Source: Myxococcota bacterium (GTDB taxonomy: Bacteria; Myxococcota_A; UBA796; SXON01). From it: 64,000 nt of DNA. Under the pieces are notes generated by a model. That model worked only from the letters and a program-made list of their open reading frames with translations, was not told the origin of the DNA and ran no database searches. The DNA lies in the NCBI GenBank assembly GCA_040386535.1, contig JAZKFH010000008.1, positions 69,068-133,067 of the forward strand, given 5' to 3'. Positions 19,552 through 29,185 of the stretch are shown one piece after another. The position numbers and the translations under genes are program-made. Position 1 is the stretch's first letter. Each line of letters starts with the position of its first letter.

Positions 19552-21863
19552 TGGAGCAGCGCGTTCATGCGCCCCTGGGCCTTCGACGCGAGCGGATCCC
19601 CGCTGTCGTCCACGTAGGTGAGCACCTTCTGGTACAGCGCCAGCGCCTTGTCGGTCTGGTTGATGTCCTCGAGCACGCGGGCCTCCTTGTAGATCTCGGA
19701 GGCCTGCTCCTTGAGGCGCTTGCGCACGTCGGCGAGCTTGGTCGCGGCGGCGTCGTTGTACGGGTCGGTCTTCACGGTCGTGGCGAGCTGGTTGCGGGCG
19801 GTGACCAGGTCGCCGCTCTTGTAGGCGGACAGGCCCGCGGTGTAGGCCTTCTTGCTGTCGGCCTTCATCTGGTCCTTCGCGTTCCGGATGCCCTCTTCCG
19901 CCTGGTAGTACTGGGGGGCGCCGCGGGTGGGATCGGCGTCGAGCACGGCCTCCCACTGGCGCACGGCCTTGGTCAGGTTGCCCTTGTCGAAGTCCCGTTG
20001 GGCCGCCGCGACCATGTCCGCGAGCGACGCGAGCTTCTTCTCCTCACGACGGGTGGCGACGCCCCGCGCGATCGAGGTCTGGCGCTGCTGGAGCTGGCCT
20101 CCGGCCTCGACCAGCTCGGGATCCTCGGGGTTGAGCTCGAGGGCGGCGGCGAGCAGCGCCCGCGCGGCGTCGATCGTGGAGGCGTCCTTGCGGGCGGCGG
20201 CCACGGCCACGAGGGCCTGGGCCTTGGCGTCGGCGCGTTGGGTCGCGGAGACCGAGCGGGCGGTGAGGCCCTCGTACATCCGCTGCATCGCGATGAACTC
20301 GCACGCGACGTACCCCATGCGCTCGGCGTCGGGGTTGCCGGGGTCGATCTGCTGCACCTTGTAGAACTGCGCCGCGGCCTCGAACTGCTTGCCCTCGGTG
20401 AAGAGGCGCATGCCGTCCGCCATGAGGGCGGAGACCTCGTCCCGCGTGACGGGGTCGAGCGCGAGGCGGGCGACGGGCGCGGCGATCGGGGCGGCGGGCA
20501 CGGCGACCGCGGCGGAGGCGCCGGAGGCCTCACCGGGGGCCACTGAGGCGGGGACGATGGGCGCCGCGGCGGTGGCCGTGGTCGCCACCGGCGTGGTGGG
20601 CGTGAGGATGGTCGACACCATGTCGAACACCATCCGCGCGCCGACGAACAGGCCGGCCATCACCAGCACGCCCACGGAGATCTGGTTGATCGGGCGGGAG
20701 AAGAACCCGGTGCTCCGGCGCGTCACGCGCCCCTTCGGGCCCTTGCGTGCCTTGACCTTGGCCACGTCGAAGTCGAGCTCGACCTCGGGCGCCGACGACA
20801 TCGACTGGGGCGGCGGGGGCGGCGGGAGCGTGGCGGGCGACGGCCGCGGGACCCCCAGGGCCTTGGGCGCGAACGGGAGTGAGGGCGGGGGCGGCACGGC
20901 GCGGTCGGACGCGCTCCGATCGTTCCCGCCGGCGGCGCGCGGGGGGGCGGCGGGCGGAGACGGCGGCGGCAGGGGATCGAGCGGCGGCTGGGTCTTGAGG
21001 TGCGCGATGTTGGGCTGGGAGGCCTGCGGCCGGGCGGGAGCCGATGCCTGCGGTTTGGAGCCCTCCAGCTTGGGAGGCGGCGGGGTGGCGTGGCGCGCGA
21101 GGTTCGGGGGGGGGCCCGGATCCGGCGCAGGCATCCCGGAAGTGAACATGACCGCGTCGAACGCCTCCGTCCGGTCGCTGTGCTCCTCGATGGCGGGCGC
21201 CTGCGCCGCCACGAAGGCCATCTCCACGGTGCCGATGCGCACGCGGTCGCCGTCGGCCAGGACCTTCTCGCGGATCCGGCGGCCGTTGACCCAGGTGCCG
21301 TTGGAGCTGCCGCGGTCCCGCACCCAGTAGCTTCCGGCGGTCTCCCCGACGTCGGCATGCAGGCGCGACGCGGCGGGCTCGGGGAGCACGATGCTCGCCT
21401 TCTCCGAGCGCCCCAACGTGAGCGTGCCGCCCGGGGGGATGTCGAAGGTGCGTGGGTCCATCCGGTGCGCGGACACGAGCTCGAGGCGGGCGAAGGATGG
21501 GGCCAGGCCGCCGACCAGCACCGTGGCGTCCCCGCCGGCGGTGACCTCCGCGGTGGTGTCTCCGCCCGACACGTAGAAGCCGAGGGTGAACGGGTCGATC
21601 ATGACCTCGTCGCCATCGCTCACCGGGAGGCGCGTGATCCGCTTGCCCTGGTGGAGCGTGCCGTTTCCGCTGCCCATGTCCTCGACGACGACGCCGCTCT
21701 CCTCCACCACGATGCGCGCGTGGCGGCGGGACACGCCGATCTCGGACAGCACGACGTCGTTGTCGTCCGCGCGCCCCAGCACGACGGTGCCGGGCACGAG
21801 CACCATCCGGCGCTCCGGATGTCCGTCCCTGCGGATCACCAGCTCCACCTGCCGCGCCAACAT
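19548..21863 (-). CDS. Tandem-FHA, Pro-rich, TM, TPR protein
   Basis: FHA1 LGR..VSRRHA..DMGSGNGT; FHA2 LGR..ASRLHA..DRGSSNGTWVNG; TM near aa 390; C-terminal TPR-like helices. Confidence 0.9.
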   Translation of the reverse strand: MLARQVELVIRRDGHPERRMVLVPGTVVLGRADDNDVVLSEIGVSRRHARIVVEESGVVVEDMGSGNGTLHQGKRITRLPVSDGDEVMIDPFTLGFYVSGGDTTAEVTAGGDATVLVGGLAPSFARLELVSAHRMDPRTFDIPPGGTLTLGRSEKASIVLPEPAASRLHADVGETAGSYWVRDRGSSNGTWVNGRRIREKVLADGDRVRIGTVEMAFVAAQAPAIEEHSDRTEAFDAVMFTSGMPAPDPGPPPNLARHATPPPPKLEGSKPQASAPARPQASQPNIAHLKTQPPLDPLPPPSPPAAPPRAAGGNDRSASDRAVPPPPSLPFAPKALGVPRPSPATLPPPPPPQSMSSAPEVELDFDVAKVKARKGPKGRVTRRSTGFFSRPINQISVGVLVMAGLFVGARMVFDMVSTILTPTTPVATTATAAAPIVPASVAPGEASGASAAVAVPAAPIAAPVARLALDPVTRDEVSALMADGMRLFTEGKQFEAAAQFYKVQQIDPGNPDAERMGYVACEFIAMQRMYEGLTARSVSATQRADAKAQALVAVAAARKDASTIDAARALLAAALELNPEDPELVEAGGQLQQRQTSIARGVATRREEKKLASLADMVAAAQRDFDKGNLTKAVRQWEAVLDADPTRGAPQYYQAEEGIRNAKDQMKADSKKAYTAGLSAYKSGDLVTARNQLATTVKTDPYNDAAATKLADVRKRLKEQASEIYKEARVLEDINQTDKALALYQKVLTYVDDSGDPLASKAQGRMNALLQ

Positions 21864-21929
21864 GGACCGGTACGACCTCCGCCGCGGAGTCTATCCTACT
21901 CGTCCGCCGACATGCCCATCGGCGAGGCG

Positions 21930-22964
21930 CTACCGGCCGGCGGCGGCGTCCTTCGCCTTCTGGAGGTACTCGGTGGCCCGCACGTTCATGGGGTCGGCCG
22001 GATCGGGGACGAGCATCCGGACGGTCTCCCAGGAGGCGACCGCCTGGGAGAACTGCATGCTGTCGAAGTACCGCATGCCCGCGTCGAACTGCTGCTGCAC
22101 CTTCGTCGCGAGCTCGGTGTCGATGCGGCCGATGCGCACGGTGCAGATCTCACAGGAGGCGTCGAGCTTCAACGCCATCTGGTAGTGCTTCTTCGCGTCG
22201 GCCAGCCGCCCGCTGTCGTACATCCCCTGCGCCATCTCCAGCAGCTCGCGCGAGCTCGTGCCCGCCGGGGCGTCGGGGACGTTGGCCAGCGAGCCGCTCG
22301 GGTCCGCGCCCGCCACGACGGCCAGGGCCTGCGCGACGCTCGGCGCGCCCGGGGCGGCGGCGGCGGCCGCGGTGGCGCTGGCGGCGGCGATGGCAGGCTC
22401 TCCTCCCGCCGGCGAGCCTGTCGTGGGCTCGAGCAGCGTCGTGAGCGAGTAGGCGGATTGCGGCGTGGTCGCCGCGGCACCGGCGGACTCGTCCGGGCCG
22501 GCGAGAAAGCCGATGCAGGCGATGAAGCTCGCCACGACGAAGATGACCACGACGAACGGCCAGATCTTCCAGCGGGGCGCGGCGGCTTGCGGGCGTGACG
22601 GCGCCGCGGGCTTGGGAGCGGGGGGCGGGGCCGCGGCGGTGACCGGACGGGGCGCGGTGGCGGTGCCCGACGCGACGACCTCGAACACGTGGGTCCCAAC
22701 CGAGAGCTGGTCTCCCACCTTCATCTGCTTGTGGTCGGGGACCCGTTCGCCGTTGACGAAGATCCCGTTGCGCGAGCCGGCGTCCTGCACCCAGACGGAG
22801 CCGTTGTGCAGCAACACGCGGGCGTGCTGGCGGCTCACCCCCGCGTCGTCGATGTGGACCTCGTTGCCCGCTTCGCGACCGATCCGGAGCCCCTCCGGCG
22901 TGATCCCGAACCGCTGGCCGGCGAGCAGCCCCTGGGTGCCGAGCAACGCGTGGCCACGTTCCAT
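21930..22964 (-). CDS. FHA, TM, TPR protein
   Basis: IGRE..VSRQHA..DAGSRNGIFVNG; TM IWPFVVVIFVVASFIACIGFL; C-terminal TPR-like helices. Confidence 0.9.
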   Translation of the reverse strand: MERGHALLGTQGLLAGQRFGITPEGLRIGREAGNEVHIDDAGVSRQHARVLLHNGSVWVQDAGSRNGIFVNGERVPDHKQMKVGDQLSVGTHVFEVVASGTATAPRPVTAAAPPPAPKPAAPSRPQAAAPRWKIWPFVVVIFVVASFIACIGFLAGPDESAGAAATTPQSAYSLTTLLEPTTGSPAGGEPAIAAASATAAAAAAPGAPSVAQALAVVAGADPSGSLANVPDAPAGTSSRELLEMAQGMYDSGRLADAKKHYQMALKLDASCEICTVRIGRIDTELATKVQQQFDAGMRYFDSMQFSQAVASWETVRMLVPDPADPMNVRATEYLQKAKDAAAGR

Positions 22965-23041
22965 CTCGCCGTTTCTCCTGGTATCTGGGCCGGACCGCGG
23001 CGCCCCGAACGGGCGACGGGAGCCGTCCCAGAGGAACTAAC

Positions 23042-24781
23042 TCATCTTGGACGAGAGCCGCCCCCGGCACGTGCGCGTGCGAGCACGCGGTTGATGCTGT
23101 GGGCCAGCTGCTCCAGCTGCGCCAGCCGGATGGGCGAGGCGACGTCGTGCGAGTCGCCGAGGAGCGCGAGCTCTGTCTCTTCGCGGAGCGCGACCAGCGG
23201 GCGGAGGAGCAGCCACCATCCGCCGGCCACCAGCATGGCCGCGACCACGGCGCTCACGAACAGGCCGGACACGACGCCGAACCACCCGCTTCCGTCGGCG
23301 ACCGCGCCGGGATCGTACGAGAGGAGGGCGTAGCCGACGATCTGCCGGGGGCCCGCGCCGCCCGCCTGCCCGCGCATCGGCACGGCGATCTCGTACTTGC
23401 CGTCTTCGACCTCGGAGACGGCGGGCTCGCCGCTCGTCGAGACGCTCTGGAAGGCCGCGGAGGTGTTCACGCTCGTGTTGAGGCGCTCGGCGGGGGCCCG
23501 CACGGTGCCGCGCGGATCCACGATGGTGGCGCTCAGCACGCCGTCACGATCGAGGATGAAGGTCGTGTCGAGGGCGATGCCGCGCTGATCGGCGAGGGCC
23601 TGCGTATTTCGGCTCGCGAGCGACTCGGTGAGGGCGACACCGCGGAGCAGGCTCACGTCGTGCACGGCCTCGGCGCGCCCTTGTACCTGCAGGAGGTTCG
23701 TGCACGAGACCAGGGCGACCACCGCGATCACGAGCAGCGCGGCCTGTGCGAGCCACGGAACGCCCGCGGCGCGCGCGGCCGGCTCCACGTCGAGCGGCGG
23801 GGGCGGCGGCGCCAGGGCGAGGCGGGGCGGGGGGCTCGGCGGCGCGCTCGAGACCGTGGGCTCCGCCGGGCGGACGCTCGGCGAGGGCGGGAGGCGCGCG
23901 GGGGGCGGCGGCGCGACGGCCGGGGCCCGGGGCGGCGGGGGCGGCGGGGGCGCGGCCTTGACGGGCGGCGGGGGCGCGCTCGGCGGCGGGGCGGTCGTGA
24001 AGCCGCCGACGGGCGGCCCGAACGGGAGCGGGGCGAGGGTCGGGCCGGGCGACGGCCGCGGGGCGGCCGGGAAGCTGGGAGGTGCGGCGCCCGCGTTGGG
24101 GGTGGCGGCCGGCTGGGCGGTCCCGAAGCCGCTCGTGGGCGGCGCGGCCGGCATCCACACGGGCGGCGCGGGGATGTCCGAGCGCGTCTCGTCCGGCTCG
24201 GCGACGATCGAGCGCGAGGGATCCGGGGGGAGGCCCCGCCCGGGACGGCTCCCGAAGCCGCCGGCGGTCGGAAAGGGGAGGATGGGCGGCGGGGGGATGG
24301 GCGCGGCGCTCTTCTGCGGCGGGGCGGCGGCGCGGGGCGGCGGCGCGGGGGACCAGGGCGGCGGGGCGGGCGCCGCGACGGGGGCGGCCGGCACCGGGGC
24401 GGGCGCAAACGCGGGCGCCTCGGGCGCCGGAGATTCGGCGGTCTCCTCGTCGAGGAGCACGTCGTCGTCCTCTTCTTCGAGGAGCAGATCGTCGCTCGGG
24501 CCTTCGAGCCGGAGCATGTAGTCCCCCACCTGGACCCGCTCGCCGGGCGAGAGCACGAGGTGCGACACCCGCGTACCGTCGGCGGAGAGGATGCCGTTGT
24601 GGGACTCCAGATCCCGCACCTCGACCGAGCCGTCGACCACCTGGAACATGGCGTGCCGACGCGACACCCGCTTGCTCGGCAGGAAGATCTCACACTCGGG
24701 GCCACGGCCGGCGTGGTTGATGCCGGGGCGCAGGTCGAACGGGCCCGCGGGAGACGGACCCCGCAAAACGATCAGGCGCAC
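23042..24781 (-). CDS. FHA, Pro-rich, two-TM protein with periplasmic domain and HAMP-like tail
   Basis: AGR..VSRRHA..DLESHNG; two TMs flanking about 130 aa; C-terminal LLRPLVALREE...LEQLAHSINRVL. Confidence 0.85.
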   Translation of the reverse strand: MRLIVLRGPSPAGPFDLRPGINHAGRGPECEIFLPSKRVSRRHAMFQVVDGSVEVRDLESHNGILSADGTRVSHLVLSPGERVQVGDYMLRLEGPSDDLLLEEEDDDVLLDEETAESPAPEAPAFAPAPVPAAPVAAPAPPPWSPAPPPRAAAPPQKSAAPIPPPPILPFPTAGGFGSRPGRGLPPDPSRSIVAEPDETRSDIPAPPVWMPAAPPTSGFGTAQPAATPNAGAAPPSFPAAPRPSPGPTLAPLPFGPPVGGFTTAPPPSAPPPPVKAAPPPPPPPRAPAVAPPPPARLPPSPSVRPAEPTVSSAPPSPPPRLALAPPPPPLDVEPAARAAGVPWLAQAALLVIAVVALVSCTNLLQVQGRAEAVHDVSLLRGVALTESLASRNTQALADQRGIALDTTFILDRDGVLSATIVDPRGTVRAPAERLNTSVNTSAAFQSVSTSGEPAVSEVEDGKYEIAVPMRGQAGGAGPRQIVGYALLSYDPGAVADGSGWFGVVSGLFVSAVVAAMLVAGGWWLLLRPLVALREETELALLGDSHDVASPIRLAQLEQLAHSINRVLARARAGGGSRPR

Positions 24782-25134
24782 GCGGGCTCCTGGATCAGCT
24801 GGTCACCGGGCGCGGTGCCGGTGCGCGCGATCATGCCGACGGGGAGCTCCAGCGCCACCGCGGCGCCGAAGTAGGGGCGGGTCATCGCCCAGGGGCGCAG
24901 GGTGGGGACGATGGCGACCACGCGCCCCTCCTTCGTCGCGAACACGACGTCGATCGGAAAGCGCATGAACCACATGTGGACGGAGTTGCAGGGCTGGAGC
25001 CAGAGCCCGGAGCCCTCGGGCAGCCCCTCGCGGCCGAGCAGGCCCTTCAGGCGGTCCCAGTAGCCGACGGCGAGCCCCGCCCGCTCCGCCAGGACCGTGC
25101 CGCGCGTCGTGTTCTGGACCCGCACGTCAACCAC
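24772..25134 (-). CDS. DUF192 family protein
   Basis: RLKGLLGR, PCNSVHMWFMRFPIDVVF and ALELPVG. Confidence 0.9.
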   Translation of the reverse strand: MVDVRVQNTTRGTVLAERAGLAVGYWDRLKGLLGREGLPEGSGLWLQPCNSVHMWFMRFPIDVVFATKEGRVVAIVPTLRPWAMTRPYFGAAVALELPVGMIARTGTAPGDQLIQEPACA

Positions 25135-26080
25135 CGAAACCTCCCCCGGCGGGCGGCGCGACGGCGTTCTCCAGCACCCCGGTGCCGAACACGAAGTTCA
25201 GCACGATGGGCCCGAAGATCACGATGAACACGGCCGGCATGATGAAGAGGATGAGCGGGAAGAGGATCTTGGTCGCCGCGTAGGCGCCCGCGCGCTCGGC
25301 GGCCTGGAAGCGCTGGGTCCGGATGAGGTCGGACTGCGCGCGGAGGACGGGGCCGATCGAGGCGCCGAGGATGTCGGCCTGGATGAGGAGCGCGGCGAAG
25401 GAGCGCAGCTCCGGCATGTCGGTGCGGCGCGCGAGGTTGCGGAGCGCCTGCTGGCGGCTCGCGCCGACCTGGATCTCCCGCAACATGAAGGCCAGCTCAT
25501 CGATGAGCGGGCCCGAGCGCGCCTTCTCGCACACCTTGTGGACGCCCGCGATGAAGTCGAGGCCGGCCTCGACCGACAGCGTCAAGAGATCCATCACGTA
25601 GGGGAGGCTGCGGCGGATGTTCGCCTGCCTCTCCTGCACCTGGCCGCGCAGCCAGATGTCGGGGAAGAACGAGCCGAGCACCACGACGCCGACCTGGATG
25701 AGGATGTGCGGCGAGGTCCCGATGATGAGGTAGCAGAGCAGGACGATGAACAGGAACCAGTAGAGGATCGCTGTCGAGAGCTTGTAGGCGAGGAACTCGT
25801 CCGTCGTGAGGCGGCCGGTCATGCCCGCGGTGACGAACGCGCGCTCGATCCGCTGGCGGTAGGGCAACAGGCCCATCCCGCGCGTGACCGGCACGAACAG
25901 GCTGTACATGGGCCGGAACGCATCCACGAGGACGGCCTGGTCGACAGCCTCGACCCCGTTTTCGCCCCCGAGCCGGCGCTCGAGCTCCTTGCGGTCCGTG
26001 TCCGGGAAGATCGCCCGCATGACCACGAACATGGCCCCGGCGAACACGGCGAGGAGCAGCAGGGAGAGGGGCGGGACCAT
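25127..26080 (-). CDS. tadC: Tad pilus inner-membrane platform protein TadC (T2SSF family)
   Basis: LPYVMDLLTLSVEAGLDF, LIQADILGASIGPVLRAQSD..R..RFQAAERA...KILFPLILFIMPAVFIVIFGP. Confidence 0.9.
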   Translation of the reverse strand: MVPPLSLLLLAVFAGAMFVVMRAIFPDTDRKELERRLGGENGVEAVDQAVLVDAFRPMYSLFVPVTRGMGLLPYRQRIERAFVTAGMTGRLTTDEFLAYKLSTAILYWFLFIVLLCYLIIGTSPHILIQVGVVVLGSFFPDIWLRGQVQERQANIRRSLPYVMDLLTLSVEAGLDFIAGVHKVCEKARSGPLIDELAFMLREIQVGASRQQALRNLARRTDMPELRSFAALLIQADILGASIGPVLRAQSDLIRTQRFQAAERAGAYAATKILFPLILFIMPAVFIVIFGPIVLNFVFGTGVLENAVAPPAGGGFGG

Positions 26081-26092
26081 GGCGGCGGTAGT

Positions 26093-26947
26093 CTACCAGC
26101 CGCCGATGTCGAGCACCCCCCGAATGGTGTCGATGTCCACCGCGACCTCGGTGAAGAGCGCGAACGACAACGCGCCCTGATGCATCAGCATGCCGATCCC
26201 CCGCTGGATCCGGACACCCCGCGCGGCGCACGCGACCAGCTGGGGCGGGTCCGCCATCCAGTAGTTCGCGTCGGTCCACACGGCGCCCCGCGGGAGCCCG
26301 CGGATGTCGAGGGCCGCCACCGCGGGCGTCGCGTCGCCCGAGGTGCAGTTGATCACGAGTTCCGCACCCGTCGCGACGGCGTCGAACGCCTCGGACGTGA
26401 GCGGGCCGGGCGTGAAGCGGGTGATCGGGTACGCGGCGGCGAGGGAGGTGCACGCGCTCTCCGCGCGCGCCTCGGTGCGGTTGAGCAGGTGCACGTCGAC
26501 CGCGCCGTGGGCGGCGAGCGCGGCGGCCACGGCGCGACCGGTCCCCCCGGCGCCGAGGACGATGGCGCGGCGGCCCGCCGGGAGCACGCCCATCTCCTCG
26601 ACCAGGGCGCGCACGTAGCCCTCGCCGTCGGTGTTGTGGCCCACCAGCGCCCCGTCTTCCCGCAACACGACGTTCACGGCGCCCGCGAGCCGCGCGCTCT
26701 CGGAGAGCCGATCGAGGCCGGGCACCACCCGCTCCTTGAAGGGCACCGTGAGGTTCACGCCCGCGAGCGCGAGGGTGCGGATCGCGTCGGCGACGCCCGC
26801 GGCGCGGGCGGGAGGCACGTCGAGGGCCACGTAGATGGCGTCGATCCGCTTGCGACGGAACAGCTCGTTGTGCATCGCGGGCGACAGGCTGTGGCGCACG
26901 GGGTGCCCGACCAGCCCGAACACGCGCGTGCGGCCGGTGATCAACAC
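26093..26947 (-). CDS. aroE: Shikimate dehydrogenase
   Basis: GHPVRHSLSPAMHN, NLTVPFKE, GAVN, GHNTDGEG, LGAGGTGRA and GIGMLMHQGALSF. Start is GTG 26947 or TTG 26944, overlapping the ribF stop. Confidence 0.95.
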   Translation of the reverse strand: MLITGRTRVFGLVGHPVRHSLSPAMHNELFRRKRIDAIYVALDVPPARAAGVADAIRTLALAGVNLTVPFKERVVPGLDRLSESARLAGAVNVVLREDGALVGHNTDGEGYVRALVEEMGVLPAGRRAIVLGAGGTGRAVAAALAAHGAVDVHLLNRTEARAESACTSLAAAYPITRFTPGPLTSEAFDAVATGAELVINCTSGDATPAVAALDIRGLPRGAVWTDANYWMADPPQLVACAARGVRIQRGIGMLMHQGALSFALFTEVAVDIDTIRGVLDIGGW

Positions 26948-27867
26948 GAGAGGAGCTCGCGCGCGCGCACCACGTCGCGCCCGATCTGGTCGACCAGGGC
27001 CGCCACCCCGTCGAACCGCTGCTCGCCGCGCACCCGGGCGATCAGCTGCACCGTGAGGTTGCGCCCGTAAAGATCGCCCGCGAAGTCGAAGAGGTGCACC
27101 TCGACGCGCGGCGCGGTGCCGCCGAACGTGGGGCGGACGCCGATGTTGGCGATCCCGGGCAACCACGGGCCGGCGTCGTCGACGCGGGCGCGCACGGCGT
27201 ACACGCCGAACCCCGGGAGCAGCTCGACCCGGCTCTCCACGTTGGCCGTGGGAAAACCGATCGTGCGCCCGCGCTGGTCTCCGGTCACCACGGGGCCCTT
27301 CAACATGTGCGGGCGGCGCAGGAGCACCGCGGCCTCCTCCACCGCGCCCGACGCGACGAGGCGACGAACGCGGGACGACGACACCGGCAGGCCGCCCGCG
27401 GTCTCCGCCTCCACCTCTTCGACGGGCACGTCCGGGAGCCACTGGCGCAGCGCGGCCACGTCTCCCTGGCGCTGGTGGCCGAAGCGGAAGTCGTAGCCGA
27501 CGACCACGCCGCGCGCGCGGAGCCGCCGCCCGAGCAGCTCCTCCGCGAACCACCGGGCCGAGCGGCCGGCGAACTCCCGCGTGAACGGCTCCACCACCAC
27601 GGCGTCGATGCCCTCCTCGCCGAGGAGCCGCACGCGGTCCTCCAGCGTCAGGATGCGCGGCTGGTGCCGCTCGGGAGCGAGGACCGCGGTCGGCGCGGGG
27701 TCGAACGTGAGCACACACGACGGCGCACCCTGGCGTTCGGCGAGGGCGAAGAGGCGACGGAACACCGCCCGATGCCCGTCGTGCACGCCGTCGAAATTGC
27801 CGATCGCCACGACCGGACCGGGCTGGTCGGACGGCCATGCGGTGGAGCCGGCGTAGACGCGTGTCAT
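26941..27867 (-). CDS. ribF: Bifunctional riboflavin kinase / FAD synthetase
   Basis: IGNFDGVHDGH, VGYDFRFG, VSSSRVR, GRTIGFPTAN and EVHLFDF. Confidence 0.96.
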   Translation of the reverse strand: MTRVYAGSTAWPSDQPGPVVAIGNFDGVHDGHRAVFRRLFALAERQGAPSCVLTFDPAPTAVLAPERHQPRILTLEDRVRLLGEEGIDAVVVEPFTREFAGRSARWFAEELLGRRLRARGVVVGYDFRFGHQRQGDVAALRQWLPDVPVEEVEAETAGGLPVSSSRVRRLVASGAVEEAAVLLRRPHMLKGPVVTGDQRGRTIGFPTANVESRVELLPGFGVYAVRARVDDAGPWLPGIANIGVRPTFGGTAPRVEVHLFDFAGDLYGRNLTVQLIARVRGEQRFDGVAALVDQIGRDVVRARELLSC

Positions 27868-27944
27868 GAGCGCGCCTGCCTATCGGGAGGGGGCCCTCCA
27901 CGCTACGACGAGGGCGCTACCGCCCGCCCGCGACCACGCCGCTC

Positions 27945-29072
27945 CTACGACCACGCCACCGGCCACGTCGCGGAGGGGCGCGCGATGAAGTGCCCCTGGA
28001 GGAGGTGCGCGCCCGTGCGGATGAGCGCCCGCGCCTCGTCCTCGGTCTCCACCCCCTCCGCGACCAGCGTGGCGCCGGTGGCGTTCGCGAAGGTCAGCAG
28101 CAGGTCGACGAGGCGCTGCTTCTGCACCTTCAGGTGCACGTCGCGCACGATGCTCATGTCGAGCTTGATGAAGGCGGGGCGCAGCTCCGCGAGCAACGAG
28201 AGGCCGCCGTAGCCGCTGCCGAGGTCGTCCAGGGCGAAGCGGAAGCCGAGGGCCTCGAGCTTCGTGATCGAGCGCTCGAGGTTCCCGAAGTCCCGCAGGC
28301 TCGCCCGCTCGGTGATCTCGAGCACGATGCGCGAGGCGTGGGGGACCAGCGCCGCGAACCGCTCGGTGACGGCGGGGTCGTCGAGCTGGGCGGGGTGCAC
28401 GTTGACGAAGATCAGCACGTCGACGGGGATGCGCGTGGCCCAGTCCGCCGCGAGCTGGTTCACGCGCTCGCCGAGGTCACCTACCCGCCCGGCGCGCTCC
28501 ACCGCCTGGAGGATGGCCATGGGGGTGGCCAGCACGGGGTGCGTGCTCCGCAGCAGGCACTCCACGGCCACGGCGCGCGTGGTCTCGCCGCACGGCACGA
28601 TCGGCTGTACGACCATGTGGAGGTGGTCGCCGTCGAGCAGCTCCTGGAACAGGCGCGCGATCAGCGAGACGTCGGTCGCCGTGTCGGCGATCGTCGCGAG
28701 CCGTCGCGAGGCCTTCACCACGTCTTCCAGCAAGGTCTCCAGCTGCTCGGCGTGGAAGGGCTTCGGCAGCACCCGCAACACCTCGCCCTTGTTGATCGCG
28801 TCGACCACCACGGGAAAATCGGTGCGGCCCGTCATCAACACGCGCGCGCACCGCGGGGAGAGCTCCCGGAGGCGAGACAAGACGGTGAGGCCGTTCGGCC
28901 CCCCGGGCATGTCGTAGTCGACGAAGGCCACGTCGAAGGTTGCTTCTTGCGCCATGCGGATCGCCGCCACCCCGTCCGCCGCCTCGGCGACGGTGTGACC
29001 GAGGCGGTGCATCACGCGTGACATCGCACGTCGGACGAGAGGTTCGTCATCGACCGCGAGGATGCGCGCCAT
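27945..29072 (-). CDS. Response regulator with EAL (c-di-GMP phosphodiesterase) domain
   Basis: REC ILAVDDE..VDYDMPG..KPF; EAL variant ECLLR, FVNV, LEITE, DDLGSGY, IKLD, AEGVET and LQG. Confidence 0.9.
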   Translation of the reverse strand: MARILAVDDEPLVRRAMSRVMHRLGHTVAEAADGVAAIRMAQEATFDVAFVDYDMPGGPNGLTVLSRLRELSPRCARVLMTGRTDFPVVVDAINKGEVLRVLPKPFHAEQLETLLEDVVKASRRLATIADTATDVSLIARLFQELLDGDHLHMVVQPIVPCGETTRAVAVECLLRSTHPVLATPMAILQAVERAGRVGDLGERVNQLAADWATRIPVDVLIFVNVHPAQLDDPAVTERFAALVPHASRIVLEITERASLRDFGNLERSITKLEALGFRFALDDLGSGYGGLSLLAELRPAFIKLDMSIVRDVHLKVQKQRLVDLLLTFANATGATLVAEGVETEDEARALIRTGAHLLQGHFIARPSATWPVAWS

Positions 29073-29185
29073 GTTTGGTTTCCCTCCTGCCGAAGAAGCC
29101 CGGCGCGTGGGCGCGGGAGGCCCGAGACAGCTACCGAGGGACAGCTTAGACTGTGCGCCCCCCTCGTAGATAGTCCCGGAGGTTC

